Source: a bacterium
Lineage (GTDB): Bacteria; UBA8248
DNA: 64,000 nucleotides
Assembly: GCA_965204535.1 (NCBI GenBank)
Contig: OZ241996.1
Coordinates: 672,001 to 736,000, forward strand
Direction of reading: 5' to 3'
Under the pieces are notes generated by a model that saw nothing but the letters and a program-made list of their open reading frames with translations, made no database searches and was not told the DNA's origin. Below, piece by piece: positions 10,232 through 20,709 of the stretch (the stretch's first letter is position 1; each line of letters begins with the position of its first letter). Position numbers and translations under genes: made by a program.

Positions 10232-11203
10232 TCACGAAACTTTCCGGAGGGGTTCGCGCACGCGCGTGAGCCACTGCTGTTTCAGCGTGCTCTTGACGAC
10301 GCGCGGAATGCTGAAGCCTATCGGTATCATCCTCGGCTCGACCAGGGGCCTGGACACCTTCGCCTCCTGAATGGGCAATCCCACTGTTTCGATCTTGTCC
10401 AGGTCTGGTTCGCCGAAGCCCGTGACGCGGGCGGCTTCCAGGGTTCTCAGCTTATCGGGCGAGAGTCCCGTGACCTCACAAGCGACGCGGTCGAGCGCCA
10501 CCGGGTCGGCGCTCGCGATGATGAGGCCCACCCGGCGGGGAGTTCCCTGTGCGGGCCCCTGGCCTTCCATCGCGCAGACGGCGTCCAGAACGGAGAGCCT
10601 CGTCTTGGGCAGCCGCGCCGTTTCGACGAGCATGAGCGGGAAATAATCCTCGAAAGTCCCGGCCTTGAAGTGCCACCACGCCTTCCTTTTCCCCGCCACG
10701 CAGCCGAAGAGGTTCTTGACCGCGCCCGTCATGTAAAGCTGGCAATGCGTCTTGAGCTTCGGCAGATTGATGATTCCGTCCGCATCCATGGCCTCTTTCG
10801 CCATGGTGAGGTGCGCATAAACGACTCCGTCGGGATTGGGAACCTTCACCCCTTTCCGGAAGGAGACGAGGGGAAGCCCGAGTTCCTCGCATACCCTCGA
10901 CAGACCGGCTTGCTCGGCGCAACTGGCGAGACTCCCCCAGGCGGGGCTGTCGCCCATGGATATTTTCCGGGGCGGCGCCGCCGAATTTTGGAGTTGCTGC
11001 GCCACCGCCCGGAGTATTTCGGGATGCGTCGTCAGCGCGCTCTCAGGCGGCGCACCTTTCAAGATGTTGGGTTTGAGCAGTATCTCGTCGGTTGTTGAGA
11101 CGAATTGCGCCGCGCCGCCCAACGCTTCGAGAGCCTCGGCGACGGCGTCGCTCACGCGCTCTTTGTCGTAGTCTTCGCAACGGACAATCGCTACCCGGCT
11201 CAT
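10232..11203 (-). CDS. DUF362 domain protein
   Basis: ILLKPN, TTHPE, INLPKLKTH, TGAVKNLFG, EG.GP, DPVALD. Confidence 0.9.
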   Translation of the reverse strand: MSRVAIVRCEDYDKERVSDAVAEALEALGGAAQFVSTTDEILLKPNILKGAPPESALTTHPEILRAVAQQLQNSAAPPRKISMGDSPAWGSLASCAEQAGLSRVCEELGLPLVSFRKGVKVPNPDGVVYAHLTMAKEAMDADGIINLPKLKTHCQLYMTGAVKNLFGCVAGKRKAWWHFKAGTFEDYFPLMLVETARLPKTRLSVLDAVCAMEGQGPAQGTPRRVGLIIASADPVALDRVACEVTGLSPDKLRTLEAARVTGFGEPDLDKIETVGLPIQEAKVSRPLVEPRMIPIGFSIPRVVKSTLKQQWLTRVREPLRKVS

Positions 11204-11209
11204 GGACGT

Positions 11210-11539
11210 TTAACTCTCATTTTTGATGGCTTCTATCTTCTCGTCGCGTTCTTCTTCAAGCGCCTCGCGCTCGCTTCTGAATTTCTGGCGGAACGCGTTC
11301 AGCGCATCTCTTGCCTCGGGTTCGAGTTGCGCTTCGATGGCTTCGATGGGAGCGCCGCCCGTCATTTTCATCAATTCCTGCTGATGGAGAACGTCTTTTT
11401 CGGCGATTTTCCCCTCGTAAACCTTTTTGATTTCCTCAATCTTGTCCCTTTGCTCGGGAGTGAGTTTTTCCAGCTCCTGGCGCGCTTGCTCGCCGATGGC
11501 GGAAGTTTTCTCCATCGCTATTTCCAGGGCGCTCTTCAT
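11210..11539 (-). CDS. Small coiled-coil hypothetical protein
   Basis: MKSALEIAMEKT N-terminus, helical and charged; GGAGG RBS before ATG 11539. Confidence 0.75.
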   Translation of the reverse strand: MKSALEIAMEKTSAIGEQARQELEKLTPEQRDKIEEIKKVYEGKIAEKDVLHQQELMKMTGGAPIEAIEAQLEPEARDALNAFRQKFRSEREALEEERDEKIEAIKNES

Positions 11540-11625
11540 GATCAACCTCCACGGCTGTGTGATGACTTGTATGGGAAGGGCATTCTAGGTTGCGTGAGGA
11601 AGGGGGTCAACATCCGAGCCTTTGC

Positions 11626-11825
11626 GGGTTGTTGAAAGAGCGATAGTTTCTGGATTTGTCGCAGGCAGCCAACAGAAGAGAAAGAAAAATCACTCCCCCT
11701 CAAGGGGGGAGTGAATCCACTTCCTGCTTCCTTGGCAATGCCCCTCAAGGGGGGAGTGATTTCTCCTCTCTCGTCGGTTGCCTCAATTCCAAAAATCGCT
11801 TCCCGGGGGCTTTTCAACAGCCCCA
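11626..11825. repeat. MITE-like unit (GGGTTGTTGAAAG ... CTTTTCAACAGCCCC) containing CCCCTCAAGGGGGGAGTGA hairpins
   Basis: Terminal inverted repeats of the same family as other intergenic units. Confidence 0.7.
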
Positions 11826-11941
11826 TAATGCACAGGTTTTCAGGCGGATAGCGAAAACCACAGGTTACTTATCTCACGGGGACTCTCGGAGACGGAAATT
11901 TTGATATAAGAAGTCTTGATACGCCCACCTGTGGAGGAACC

Positions 11942-12910
11942 ATGCGCGAGCCCACGTTTGACGATGTTCTGGAAGCGCAAAAACGGGTCGCCGCCTACTT
12001 GCAGCCCACGCCCTTTCACGAGGTGCCGGTGCTCTCCGGACGCATCGGGTGCCGGTATTTCATGAAATTCGAGTCCATGCAGCCCATCGGCGCGTTCAAG
12101 GTGCGCGGCGGCGTGAATCTCGTCTCCAGGCTCAGTCCGGAGGAGAAGCAGGCGGGCCTCATCACGGCCTCGACCGGCAATCACGGTCAATCCATCGCCT
12201 ACGCCGCGCGGATCTTCGGGGTCAATGCGTTGATCGCGGCCCCGAACGGGGCGAACGCGGATAAAATATCGGCCATCGAGAGGCTGGGGGCGGAAGTCGC
12301 GTTCGCGGGGGAGGATTTCGACGACGCCAGGGTGTGGTGCGAGGAGCAGTGCGAAGCGCGCAGCATGCGCTACGTTCACTCGGCCAACGAGCCGCACCTC
12401 ATCGCGGGCGTGGCGACCCAGACGCTCGAGATCATGGAAACCGAGCCGGATATCGAAGTCGTCATCGTACCCCTCGGCGGGGGAAGCGGGGTGTGCGGCG
12501 CAGGCCTCGTCGCCAAACACATCAACCCCAAGGCCCACGTGGTGGGGGTCCAGGCGGAAAACGCTCCGGCGTTCTTCAAGAGCTTTTACGAAGGAAAAAT
12601 GCTGGCTCAGCCCTCAGCGGACACCTTCGCGGACGGACTCGCCACCCGGGTGCCTTTCGAACTGACGTTTTCGATGATCAGGCGATACGTGGATGAAATC
12701 GTGACCGTGAGCGAGGAGGAGATGTGCGACGCCATCCGCCTGCTCGTCTCCGAAGTACACGTCATCGCCGAGGGTGCGGGCGCCGCCCCGACGGCGGCCG
12801 CCATGAAGATGGATTTGAAGGGCAAGCGGGTCGCCGGAATCCTGAGCGGGCGCAACCTCACCAGTGAACACCTCGATATTATTCTCAGCGGCGGGACGCC
12901 TCGTCCGTGA
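11942..12910 (+). CDS. PLP-dependent threonine/serine dehydratase family protein
   Basis: KFE..QP.GAFKVRG, ASTGNHG, PLGGGSG, EGAGA, LSG.N. Confidence 0.92.
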   Translation: MREPTFDDVLEAQKRVAAYLQPTPFHEVPVLSGRIGCRYFMKFESMQPIGAFKVRGGVNLVSRLSPEEKQAGLITASTGNHGQSIAYAARIFGVNALIAAPNGANADKISAIERLGAEVAFAGEDFDDARVWCEEQCEARSMRYVHSANEPHLIAGVATQTLEIMETEPDIEVVIVPLGGGSGVCGAGLVAKHINPKAHVVGVQAENAPAFFKSFYEGKMLAQPSADTFADGLATRVPFELTFSMIRRYVDEIVTVSEEEMCDAIRLLVSEVHVIAEGAGAAPTAAAMKMDLKGKRVAGILSGRNLTSEHLDIILSGGTPRP

Positions 12911-15480
12911 AATACACCATCAAAAAAGAGGCCGCGCGAGCGCATGAACCGGGAAGCCGGTATGTCGAGGTTGCGCTCAGCGTCCCGCAGCTAAAGCCGC
13001 TCACCTACCGGGCAAGTCGTGAACTCGCGGAGAGGCTGGCTCCCGGACTGCGCGTGCTGGTGCCGCTGGGCAGGCGGAAGGTGACGGGATACGTCGTCCA
13101 CCCGCCGGGCGAAAGCCCGCCCCCCGGGGTCGAGCCCGGGTCCATCAAATCCGTTCTGGAGATGCTTGACGATGAGCCGTTGCTCACGCCGGAACTTCTG
13201 GAACTCACCAGATGGGTGGCGGAGTACTATTGTTGCGGCTGGGGGGAGGCGCTCAAATTCGCGCTGCCGTCCCACAGGGAGAAGAAAACCGTAGAGCGTT
13301 ACCGCCTGAGTGAGACAGGGCGGGTGGAGGCGGCATTCGAAGAAGGCGGCCTGGGCCTGCCCGGCCTCAAGCCCTCGGAGGGTAAGGGGAGCCACAAGGC
13401 GCGCATTCTGGTGGCGCTTCGCAAGGGTCCGAGAACCATCGGTTCTCTTGCGGCGTCGTTCGGGCGCGGGACGCGCCCGGAGCTCATGCGTCTTCTCGAC
13501 GCGGGCTTCGTGGAGAAAGTCGTCGATTCTGTAGGCGGCTCTCCGCCCAAAACGGCGAAGTACGCGCGCCTTCTCGAGATGCCCCCGGAAGGTGAGCTGG
13601 AGTCTCTCGCAAAACGCGCGAAGCGGCAGGTGGAAATCCTGCGTCTTTTGAGTGAAGCGGAAAATGGACGGGTGCGGCTGGGGGAACTGGAAACCCTCTC
13701 GAAGGGTGCGCGCGCCGCTTGCGCGGCGCTGGAGAAAAAAGGGTGGGTCCAGGTGGAGGAGGGTCTCCTCCCGGATGAAGAGAATATGAGCGAGCTGAGT
13801 CCAGGGGGCGGTGCGCCCGCTATGGACCTCACCGATGAGCAGAAAGAATCGTTCGAACTGGTGAAAGCGGATATCGAGGAAAAGCATTTTTCGGTCACGC
13901 TTCTTCACGGCGTTACCGGAAGCGGGAAGACGGAAGTCTACATCCGCCTTGCGCAAGAAGCCCTCGCAAACGGATTGGGCGCATTGATTCTGGTGCCGGA
14001 AATCGGCCTGACTCCCCAGCTCCTGGGACGCTTTCAGGAGCGTTTTGGCGGTTTGGTGGCCTGTCTGCACAGCGCCTATTCGGAGAAAAAGCGCCTGTCG
14101 GAATGGCGGCGCATCAAGAACGGGGATGCGCCCATCGTCGTGGGCACGAGGTCCGCCGTCTTCGCCCCGGTCCCGAACCTGGGGATGGTTGCGGTGGATG
14201 AGGAGCACGACGGCTCCTACAAGCAGGAGGAGTCCCCTCGCTACCACGCGCGGGATACGGGCATCGTGCGCGCCAGGAATCTGGGGGTTCCGGTCGTGCT
14301 GGGTTCGGCGACGCCGTCGATTGAAAGCTATACGAGCGCCAGAAGCGGCCGCTACCGTCTGCGCTCGCTTTCGGGTCGGCCCACGGGGGGGAGGTTGCCT
14401 CAGGTGCGCCTGGTGGATTTGAGAAAAGAGGCCGGTTCCGACCCCAGGACGCCCGAGCTTCTCACGCGCGATTTGGCTTCCGCCGTCGGCGAGCGTCTGG
14501 AGCGAGGCGAGCAGACGCTGTTGTTCCTGAACCGGCGCGGGTTCTCTTCGGTGATCCTGTGCCGCGATTGCGGGGAGGCGCTCGAGTGTCCTCACTGCTC
14601 CATCCCGCTGACGTTTCACCGGGAAGGCGGGGGCAGGGTGCAGTGCCACTGGTGCGATTACAGCGCGCATCCGCCCAACAGGTGCTCCTCCTGCCGCAGT
14701 GATCAGGTGGGTTACTTCGGCGTGGGGACCGAGCGCGTCGAGCAGGCCGTGAAAGCGCGATTCCCGGAGGCGCGCGTCCAGCGTCTGGACCGCGATACGG
14801 CCCGCCGGGCAGGCGCATACGAGAGCATATTCGGCGCCATGCGAAGCGGGGAGATCGACATCCTCATCGGGACGCAAATGGTGGCGAAAGGCCACGATTT
14901 CCCGAAACTGACGCTCGTGGGGGTTGTGGTGGCCGACGTCGGGCTTCATCTGCCGGATTTCAGGGCGAGCGAGCGCACTTTTCAGCTATTGACCCAGGTG
15001 GCGGGCCGGGCGGGCCGCGCCGATTTGCCCGGTGAAGTCATCATCCAGACGTTCAGGCCGGACCATTTCGCGGTTCAGTGCGCGCGGACGCATGATTACG
15101 CCGGTTTCTACAAGAGAGAAGCCCTGGCGCGGGAGCAGTTGGGCTACCCGCCCTATCGGCGCCTGGCCAGGCTGCGTTTCGAGTCCAAGAACAAGCACCT
15201 CGCCGCGAAAGCCGGTGAATGGATGGCGTCATACTTGCGCAGGCATGGCGCTGCCGCCGCCGGGCGCGCCGCCGACCCTGTGGGGGTCGAATATCTGGGT
15301 CCCGCGCCGGCGCCATTCGTGAGGATCCGCGGCGTATGGCGGTATCACATGATCCTGAAGGCCAGGGGGGCGAAGCGCCTGGGCGAGGCGCTCAATTCGC
15401 TGAGGGCGGAATTTGACGGAGAAGCGGCTTTTTCCTCCGTTCGCCTGGCGGTGGACGTAGACCCGTTGAGTTTGATGTGA
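12907..15480 (+). CDS. priA: Primosomal protein N' (replication restart helicase)
   Basis: GVTGSGKTEVY, DEEHD.SYKQ, Cys-rich Zn region, GTQMVAKG.DFP, QVAGRAGR. Confidence 0.97.
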   Translation: MKYTIKKEAARAHEPGSRYVEVALSVPQLKPLTYRASRELAERLAPGLRVLVPLGRRKVTGYVVHPPGESPPPGVEPGSIKSVLEMLDDEPLLTPELLELTRWVAEYYCCGWGEALKFALPSHREKKTVERYRLSETGRVEAAFEEGGLGLPGLKPSEGKGSHKARILVALRKGPRTIGSLAASFGRGTRPELMRLLDAGFVEKVVDSVGGSPPKTAKYARLLEMPPEGELESLAKRAKRQVEILRLLSEAENGRVRLGELETLSKGARAACAALEKKGWVQVEEGLLPDEENMSELSPGGGAPAMDLTDEQKESFELVKADIEEKHFSVTLLHGVTGSGKTEVYIRLAQEALANGLGALILVPEIGLTPQLLGRFQERFGGLVACLHSAYSEKKRLSEWRRIKNGDAPIVVGTRSAVFAPVPNLGMVAVDEEHDGSYKQEESPRYHARDTGIVRARNLGVPVVLGSATPSIESYTSARSGRYRLRSLSGRPTGGRLPQVRLVDLRKEAGSDPRTPELLTRDLASAVGERLERGEQTLLFLNRRGFSSVILCRDCGEALECPHCSIPLTFHREGGGRVQCHWCDYSAHPPNRCSSCRSDQVGYFGVGTERVEQAVKARFPEARVQRLDRDTARRAGAYESIFGAMRSGEIDILIGTQMVAKGHDFPKLTLVGVVVADVGLHLPDFRASERTFQLLTQVAGRAGRADLPGEVIIQTFRPDHFAVQCARTHDYAGFYKREALAREQLGYPPYRRLARLRFESKNKHLAAKAGEWMASYLRRHGAAAAGRAADPVGVEYLGPAPAPFVRIRGVWRYHMILKARGAKRLGEALNSLRAEFDGEAAFSSVRLAVDVDPLSLM

Positions 15481-15544
15481 GGATACCCATCCTCAAAGGA
15501 GCCATATTTCGGAGAAACCAGATACTTCAGAACGGGGAGTTTAT

Positions 15545-16633
15545 ATGTCACAGGAAAATTTCACAGCGGCCCTCGTGGGCCTCGGGTGGTGGGCGACGCC
15601 GATAGGAGACGCCCTCCGCAGAAGCGGGAAGATAGACCTGGTCGCCTGCTACACGCGCAACGAAGAAAAGCGCGCCTCATTCGCGGAGGAGCATGGATGC
15701 GAGGCGGCGTCCAGCTATGAGGCGATACTGGAGAATCCAGACGTGGAGGGGATTCTCCTCACCACGCCGAACAAGGTGCATGCGGCCCAGATCATCGCCG
15801 CGCTCAAGGCGGGCAAGCACGTCTGGGTGGAAAAGCCGATAACGAACGTCCTGGCCGAAACGCCCGAAGTGCTGGGAGCCTGGCGGGCGTCCGGCAAGAC
15901 CCTGGCGGTGGGGCATTGCTACCGGCGCGCGGCGGGGCACCGGAAAATCCGCGCGCTGATAGAAGACGGCACCATCGGCAGGCCGCTTTGGGCGGAGGCC
16001 GTTTTTTCAAATCACATGGGGCAGTTTTTCACCCCCGACAGGTGGCGCTATTTCAGGGACGAGTGTCCGGGCGGCCCCCTCATGCAGATGGGGATTCACC
16101 ACTGCGACACGCTGAACTACCTGCTGGGCGACCCCGTTTGCGTGACGGGCGTTCACAAAAAGCTGGCCACCCCTGCGGAGATAGACGACGTGACGATGAC
16201 GATCACCGAACACGAAGGCGGCCCCGTCTCCACCCTGATGACGAGTTTCGTGACGCCCGGCGTATTCACGCTCAGGCTGCACGGCACACAGGCGGTGGTC
16301 TCCCTCGAGATGATTCGCGAAGATATCACCCTGGCCCACCGGACGAACGATGAGACCACGCTGGCGATTCAAAAGGCGGGCGAGGCCGGCTGGACGGACG
16401 TGCCCGTACCCGAGATGGCGGACATGATTCTCGACGAGGTGGAGGAGTTCGCCGATTGCGCCCGCACGGGCGCTGCGCCCGAAACCGGTCCCCGGGAGGC
16501 CGTCCATGCCCTGGCGCAGGTGGAGGGTTCGTGCCGCTCGGCGGAAGAGGCCAGAAAGATACAGATGACGGAACTTCTGGAAGGGATCGACGTCCAGGAG
16601 GCCGCGTTTTTCGTTGAGCGCCGAGCGAAATGA
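15545..16633 (+). CDS. Gfo/Idh/MocA family oxidoreductase
   Basis: VGLGWW, GKHVWVEKP, GG.L..MGIH..D. Confidence 0.9.
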   Translation: MSQENFTAALVGLGWWATPIGDALRRSGKIDLVACYTRNEEKRASFAEEHGCEAASSYEAILENPDVEGILLTTPNKVHAAQIIAALKAGKHVWVEKPITNVLAETPEVLGAWRASGKTLAVGHCYRRAAGHRKIRALIEDGTIGRPLWAEAVFSNHMGQFFTPDRWRYFRDECPGGPLMQMGIHHCDTLNYLLGDPVCVTGVHKKLATPAEIDDVTMTITEHEGGPVSTLMTSFVTPGVFTLRLHGTQAVVSLEMIREDITLAHRTNDETTLAIQKAGEAGWTDVPVPEMADMILDEVEEFADCARTGAAPETGPREAVHALAQVEGSCRSAEEARKIQMTELLEGIDVQEAAFFVERRAK

Positions 16634-16636
16634 AAA

Positions 16637-16711
16637 TGGTGGGCCGTACTGGATTTGAACCAGTGACTTCTGCCGTGTGAAGGCAGCGCTCTGCCACTGA
16701 GCTAACGGCCC
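16637..16711 (-). tRNA. tRNA-Val (anticodon CAC)
   Basis: GGGCCGTTAGCTCAGTGGCAGAGCGCTGCCTTCACACGGCAGAAGTCACTGGTTCAAATCCAGTACGGCCCACCA folds as a cloverleaf with encoded CCA. Confidence 0.97.
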
Positions 16712-16754
16712 AGGGTTTTGCGTTTATCATAGGCCCCAAACGGGGTCAAGAACG

Positions 16755-17185
16755 GGGTTGTTGAGAAAGGCTTCTCGCTCGGAATTCAGCTCATCTGCGC
16801 GGCTGCAGACATAGCCCTTGAACAACATTGCCAACCAACGAGAGAGAAGAATCACTCCCCCCTTGAGGGTCTGGCTTCCCGAGGGGAAAGCCAGACGGAG
16901 AGGCCGAGCGGTTTGTGCGAAGGCCGATGCGGTGGGGGGAATATGTAACCACCCGCGTTTTGTGACGTAGGGGCGGCCCCCCGTGGCCGCCCGTATCGAA
17001 GATGTCTGTCCCCGTGGTTGTCCTTCGTCAGGACAGGCACGGGGGCCTGTCCCTACAGCTCTTGCGATTTTGATCGTTATTCCGGCAATCCCTCCCTCCC
17101 CGGTCGGCATTGATTGCCGGAATGACGAACCAATACCCTCCCTCCCCGCCCGGGATCCGTCTTGACGGAACGCGCGGCGGCGCAT
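16755..17185. repeat. Repeat mosaic (GTAG REPs, CGTC-type ATTCCGGC...GGAATGACG hairpins, CCCCCCTTGAGGG units)
   Basis: Segments shared with 17846-17965, 25530-25700 and 26736-26870. Confidence 0.85.
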
Positions 17186-17229
17186 TAGAGTAACGCCTAT
17201 GAGGACCCACTAACGTGGGGGAAAACCGA

Positions 17230-17826
17230 ATGACGGAATACGAAGCCGCAAGCCTCGCCATCCAGGAATCCACACTCGCGCTGCAGGAAGCATCCCTCGC
17301 CATCCAGAAAGCGTCCCTCGCGGCGCAGCAGGCCTCGGTGTGGGTCGCCGCGCTCGTGGGGGCCGCGCAGTGCTCCCTGATCGCCTACGGCCTCTACTTC
17401 ATGCGCCAGGCCGCGCGCCACCGCGACGCCCAGCACCGCGAGACCATGAAGGCGCTCGACAGCCGCCACCGCGAACACATGGAGGCGATCGCCGCCGAGC
17501 GCGAGGCGCAAAAAGATCAGCACCGCGTAACCATGGAGGCGATGGAGCGCACGCACCGGGAGAACATGACGGCGCTCGACAGCCGGCACCGGGAAACCAT
17601 GGAAGCGTTCGCCGCCCAGCGAGAGGATCAAAAAGCTCAGCACGCCGCAACCATGAACGCACTCGCCACCCAGCGCGAAGAGCACAAAGATCAGCACCAT
17701 GAGAACATGGAGGCGCTCAAGGCGCTGCGCGGGGAGCAAAGCGAACAGCACCACGAGAACATGGAGGCGCTCAAGGAACTCATCCGCCGCACCGCTGCGC
17801 CGCCCGACACCCCTCACCCCGAGTAG
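17230..17826 (+). CDS. Membrane-anchored His/Met-rich repetitive coiled-coil protein
   Basis: One TM helix (VWVAALVGAAQCSLIAYGLYFM) then about eight H-R/H-E-x-M-x-A-L type repeats; GC3-rich codons. Confidence 0.75.
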   Translation: MTEYEAASLAIQESTLALQEASLAIQKASLAAQQASVWVAALVGAAQCSLIAYGLYFMRQAARHRDAQHRETMKALDSRHREHMEAIAAEREAQKDQHRVTMEAMERTHRENMTALDSRHRETMEAFAAQREDQKAQHAATMNALATQREEHKDQHHENMEALKALRGEQSEQHHENMEALKELIRRTAAPPDTPHPE

Positions 17827-18306
17827 TCCTGAGCTTGTCGAAGGACGTATCGAAGATGTCTGTCCCCGTGGTTGTCTTTCGTCAGGACAGGCACGGGGGC
17901 CTGTCCCTACATCTCTTGCGATTTTGTTCGTCATTCCGGCAATCAATGCCGACCGGGGAGGGAGGGATTGCCGGAATCCAGAGCCGATGAGGAAGGCAGC
18001 AGCGCCGGACAACCATAAAAACAACAAGACAAAAACGATAAAGCCAAAATCAAATTCCCTGGATTCCGGCGTGCGCCGGAATGACGGCGGGGGCAAACCC
18101 GCCGGAGAGGAAAAGCGGGTTCATCGGATGGCTCTGCGCAGGGCGCGATGGTTCCGTAGGGACAGGCCCCCGTGCCTGTCCGTGGCCCTCGCGCCTTTCC
18201 TGTATCGGGGTGAATACGACCGGCGGGCGGCCACAGGGTCAGACATATATGTCTGACCCCTGCGGCCTCCATTCGAGGGGCGCGCAGGACTTTTTCAACA
18301 ACCTCG
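17827..18306. repeat. Repeat mosaic
   Basis: CCTGAGCTTGTCGAAGG, GGACAGGCACGGGGGCCTGTCCCTAC, CGTCATTCCGGC...GGAATGACG, TTTTTCAACAACCTC. Confidence 0.85.
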
Positions 18307-18428
18307 AGAACGGATGCGTTTGAGGCCGCCTCCAAACTTTACGCGGGCTCAAGCCATCGGCTATGATAGTGGGAGTTGAAACCTTCATCGTCGAGTTTTC
18401 GCCAGTGAGCTTGAAAGGATAATCCCGG

Positions 18429-18650
18429 ATGAATCAACTGACGAACAATGGGGTGAAATACAACCTCGAAACCCGCGATCATGACCTGTACGGGTTCGGC
18501 GTGGACGTCTATATGCTCGATCAGGAGGGCGTCCAGCCCAAAGAACCCATCGCGTTCATTCCCGGAAAAGACGAGAACGCCGCGACCATTCTGACGCAGC
18601 AATGGCTCAAAATCGCTTTTCCGGCGGAGTTGCCGAAAGGCAAGAAATAA
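18429..18650 (+). CDS. Small hypothetical protein
   Basis: 73 aa, AAGGA RBS, host-like codon usage. Confidence 0.6.
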   Translation: MNQLTNNGVKYNLETRDHDLYGFGVDVYMLDQEGVQPKEPIAFIPGKDENAATILTQQWLKIAFPAELPKGKK

Positions 18651-18718
18651 TAGCGGCGCCGCGCGGCAGGGAATCCGCTCGGGCAGCCTTTTCCCTGCTG
18701 TCCAACCGGGGGGACGCC

Positions 18719-19120
18719 TTGGAGTCGCCTCAAACCATCCAGACAGACCAGGCGCCGTCGCCCACCGGGCCCTTCGTGCAGGCGCGCCGCGTGGGGAACC
18801 TGTTGTTCATCGCCGGCCAGCGCGGCATCGACCCCGATTCGGGGGAACTCGTCGAGCGAACCATCGAGGCGCGCGCCAGAAGAACTTTCGAGAACCTGAA
18901 AGCCATTGCGGAGGCGGGCGGCGGGTCGCTCGCCACGTTCGTTTCCACCGTCGTCTACGTGAGGGACATGGATGCCGACCGCCCGGTCATCAACCGGCTG
19001 TATGAGGAATACTTCGGGCCGAACCTGCCCACGCGCACCATCGTGGAGGTGAGCAGGCTGAACCAGGACGACATCGTGGAAATCGAGGCGGTGGTGATGA
19101 TCCCCGGCGCGGAGACCTAG
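18719..19120 (+). CDS. RidA/YjgF/UK114 family protein
   Basis: AP.P.GPF.QA...GNLLFIAGQ, N..Y.EYF...P.R, VEIEA; probable TTG start at 18719. Confidence 0.9.
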   Translation: MESPQTIQTDQAPSPTGPFVQARRVGNLLFIAGQRGIDPDSGELVERTIEARARRTFENLKAIAEAGGGSLATFVSTVVYVRDMDADRPVINRLYEEYFGPNLPTRTIVEVSRLNQDDIVEIEAVVMIPGAET

Positions 19121-20709
19121 CGCGCGGGCGCCGCGGGCGCAGGAAGCGGCTCCCACCATTTCTCGACGCCCAGATCCTCAGCGATCACGCCGGCGGCGTT
19201 GTAGCCGGGCGCCCCGTTCAGACCGCCCCCCTGGCAACTCGAACTGCACAGATAGAACCCCTCCAGAGGCGTCCGCATGCCGGAGAGCAGGGGATGGGGC
19301 CTGTTGACCCCCAGCTGTTCGGGAATGTAGGCCCCCATGCGCACGCCGCCGCGGATCATGTTCTTGTTCCCGCGCTCCACGTCGAGCGGGGTGTAGAGCT
19401 TCGCCGCGCGGACGTTGTCCGGCGTGAGGTTCGGAGCGTAGCCCCGCCACACGTCCACGAGGCGTTCGGTGTATTCCTCTTTGATTTCATCCCACTTCCG
19501 GGGGCCGCCGTCCTTGAGTTCATAGGGCGCGCCCGGCCACCAGAAGGCGACGTGGCCGCCTGGGGGCGCATAGGAGGGGTCGTGCTGGCTGTTGCATGAA
19601 CCGTTGCCCATGGGGCGCGACGGGATGAGGCCGTTTCTGCGCTCTTCGGTGTTTTCGGCCATCTCCTCGCCGGAATCCGCGCCGAAGATGATGTTGTAGG
19701 CCCGGCCCACGTCCGGGTCGAAGTTCTCTGCGGTATATCGCGGGGGTTCGGCCAGGGCGAGATGCAGCGTACTCAGGGAATGGAAGCCCCAGTCCCAGTT
19801 CCGCACCTTTTCGTTGACCTCATCGGGAAACGCGTCTTCTCCCGCCATTTTGATGGAAGCCGGCGCGTTGAGGCTTGAGGCGACGAATTGCGTCGCCGTC
19901 ATCTTCTCTCCGCCTTCGAGCATCACGCCCGTCGCGCGGCCGTTCTCCCGTATCACCTCGCGCACGTGGCTGCTTCTCAGGACGACGCCTCCGTTGTTGA
20001 TGACGATGCGCTCGAGCGCCAGGGGCAGTTGGATGGCGCCCCCCACCGGGAGGCCGAGCGTCGTGTGGGTGGAGAACAGGCTCGGCAGGAAGATACCCGT
20101 CCCCGGCGCGTTCTCCACCGTAATGGCGTGAGAGAACAAGAAGAACAAGGCCCGCATTTTGGGATGCTCGAAATGCGATTCGATGGCCTCGAAAATCGAC
20201 ATTTTCGCAAAACTCAGAATCTCGCGTCCCGCGTCGCCCTCCATCCGGGAGACGATTTCCTCCGGCGGGAGCGGCGGGTGAAAGAGGAAACTGCGCATGA
20301 GCGGGGCGAGTTCCACGGCGAATCGCCGGTGGAGGTAGACGTAAGATTCGGCGTCTTTTTGAGAGAATCGTGAGATGGACGCGGCGCTTTTTTCCGCGTC
20401 GCGGTGCAGCAGAACCGCCGTGCCGTCACGATACAGTGCGGCGTGCTGCACGTCGGGCGTGAGCCACTTGAACCCGTGTTTGTCGAGTTCCAGGTCCTTG
20501 ACGATTGGAAAATCGTCCAGACCGATGAAGAAATTCGCGTGCATGTTCGATTGGTAGCCGGGCAGCAGGAATTCCTGGGTGCTCGAGCCGCCGCCGATTT
20601 CGGGTTCGCTGTCCAGAACGGCGACTTTCAGCCCCGCCCGGGCGAGATACGCCGCGCACACCAGGCCGTTATGCCCCGCACCGATCACGATTCCGTCGAA
20701 TTGCGCCAT
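19117..20709 (-). CDS. Phytoene dehydrogenase-like NAD(P)/FAD-dependent oxidoreductase
   Basis: IGAGHNGLV.AAYLARAG, TPLD.E, TP.EG.YLC..S...GGG..GAPG.NAA. Confidence 0.9.
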   Translation of the reverse strand: MAQFDGIVIGAGHNGLVCAAYLARAGLKVAVLDSEPEIGGGSSTQEFLLPGYQSNMHANFFIGLDDFPIVKDLELDKHGFKWLTPDVQHAALYRDGTAVLLHRDAEKSAASISRFSQKDAESYVYLHRRFAVELAPLMRSFLFHPPLPPEEIVSRMEGDAGREILSFAKMSIFEAIESHFEHPKMRALFFLFSHAITVENAPGTGIFLPSLFSTHTTLGLPVGGAIQLPLALERIVINNGGVVLRSSHVREVIRENGRATGVMLEGGEKMTATQFVASSLNAPASIKMAGEDAFPDEVNEKVRNWDWGFHSLSTLHLALAEPPRYTAENFDPDVGRAYNIIFGADSGEEMAENTEERRNGLIPSRPMGNGSCNSQHDPSYAPPGGHVAFWWPGAPYELKDGGPRKWDEIKEEYTERLVDVWRGYAPNLTPDNVRAAKLYTPLDVERGNKNMIRGGVRMGAYIPEQLGVNRPHPLLSGMRTPLEGFYLCSSSCQGGGLNGAPGYNAAGVIAEDLGVEKWWEPLPAPAAPAR

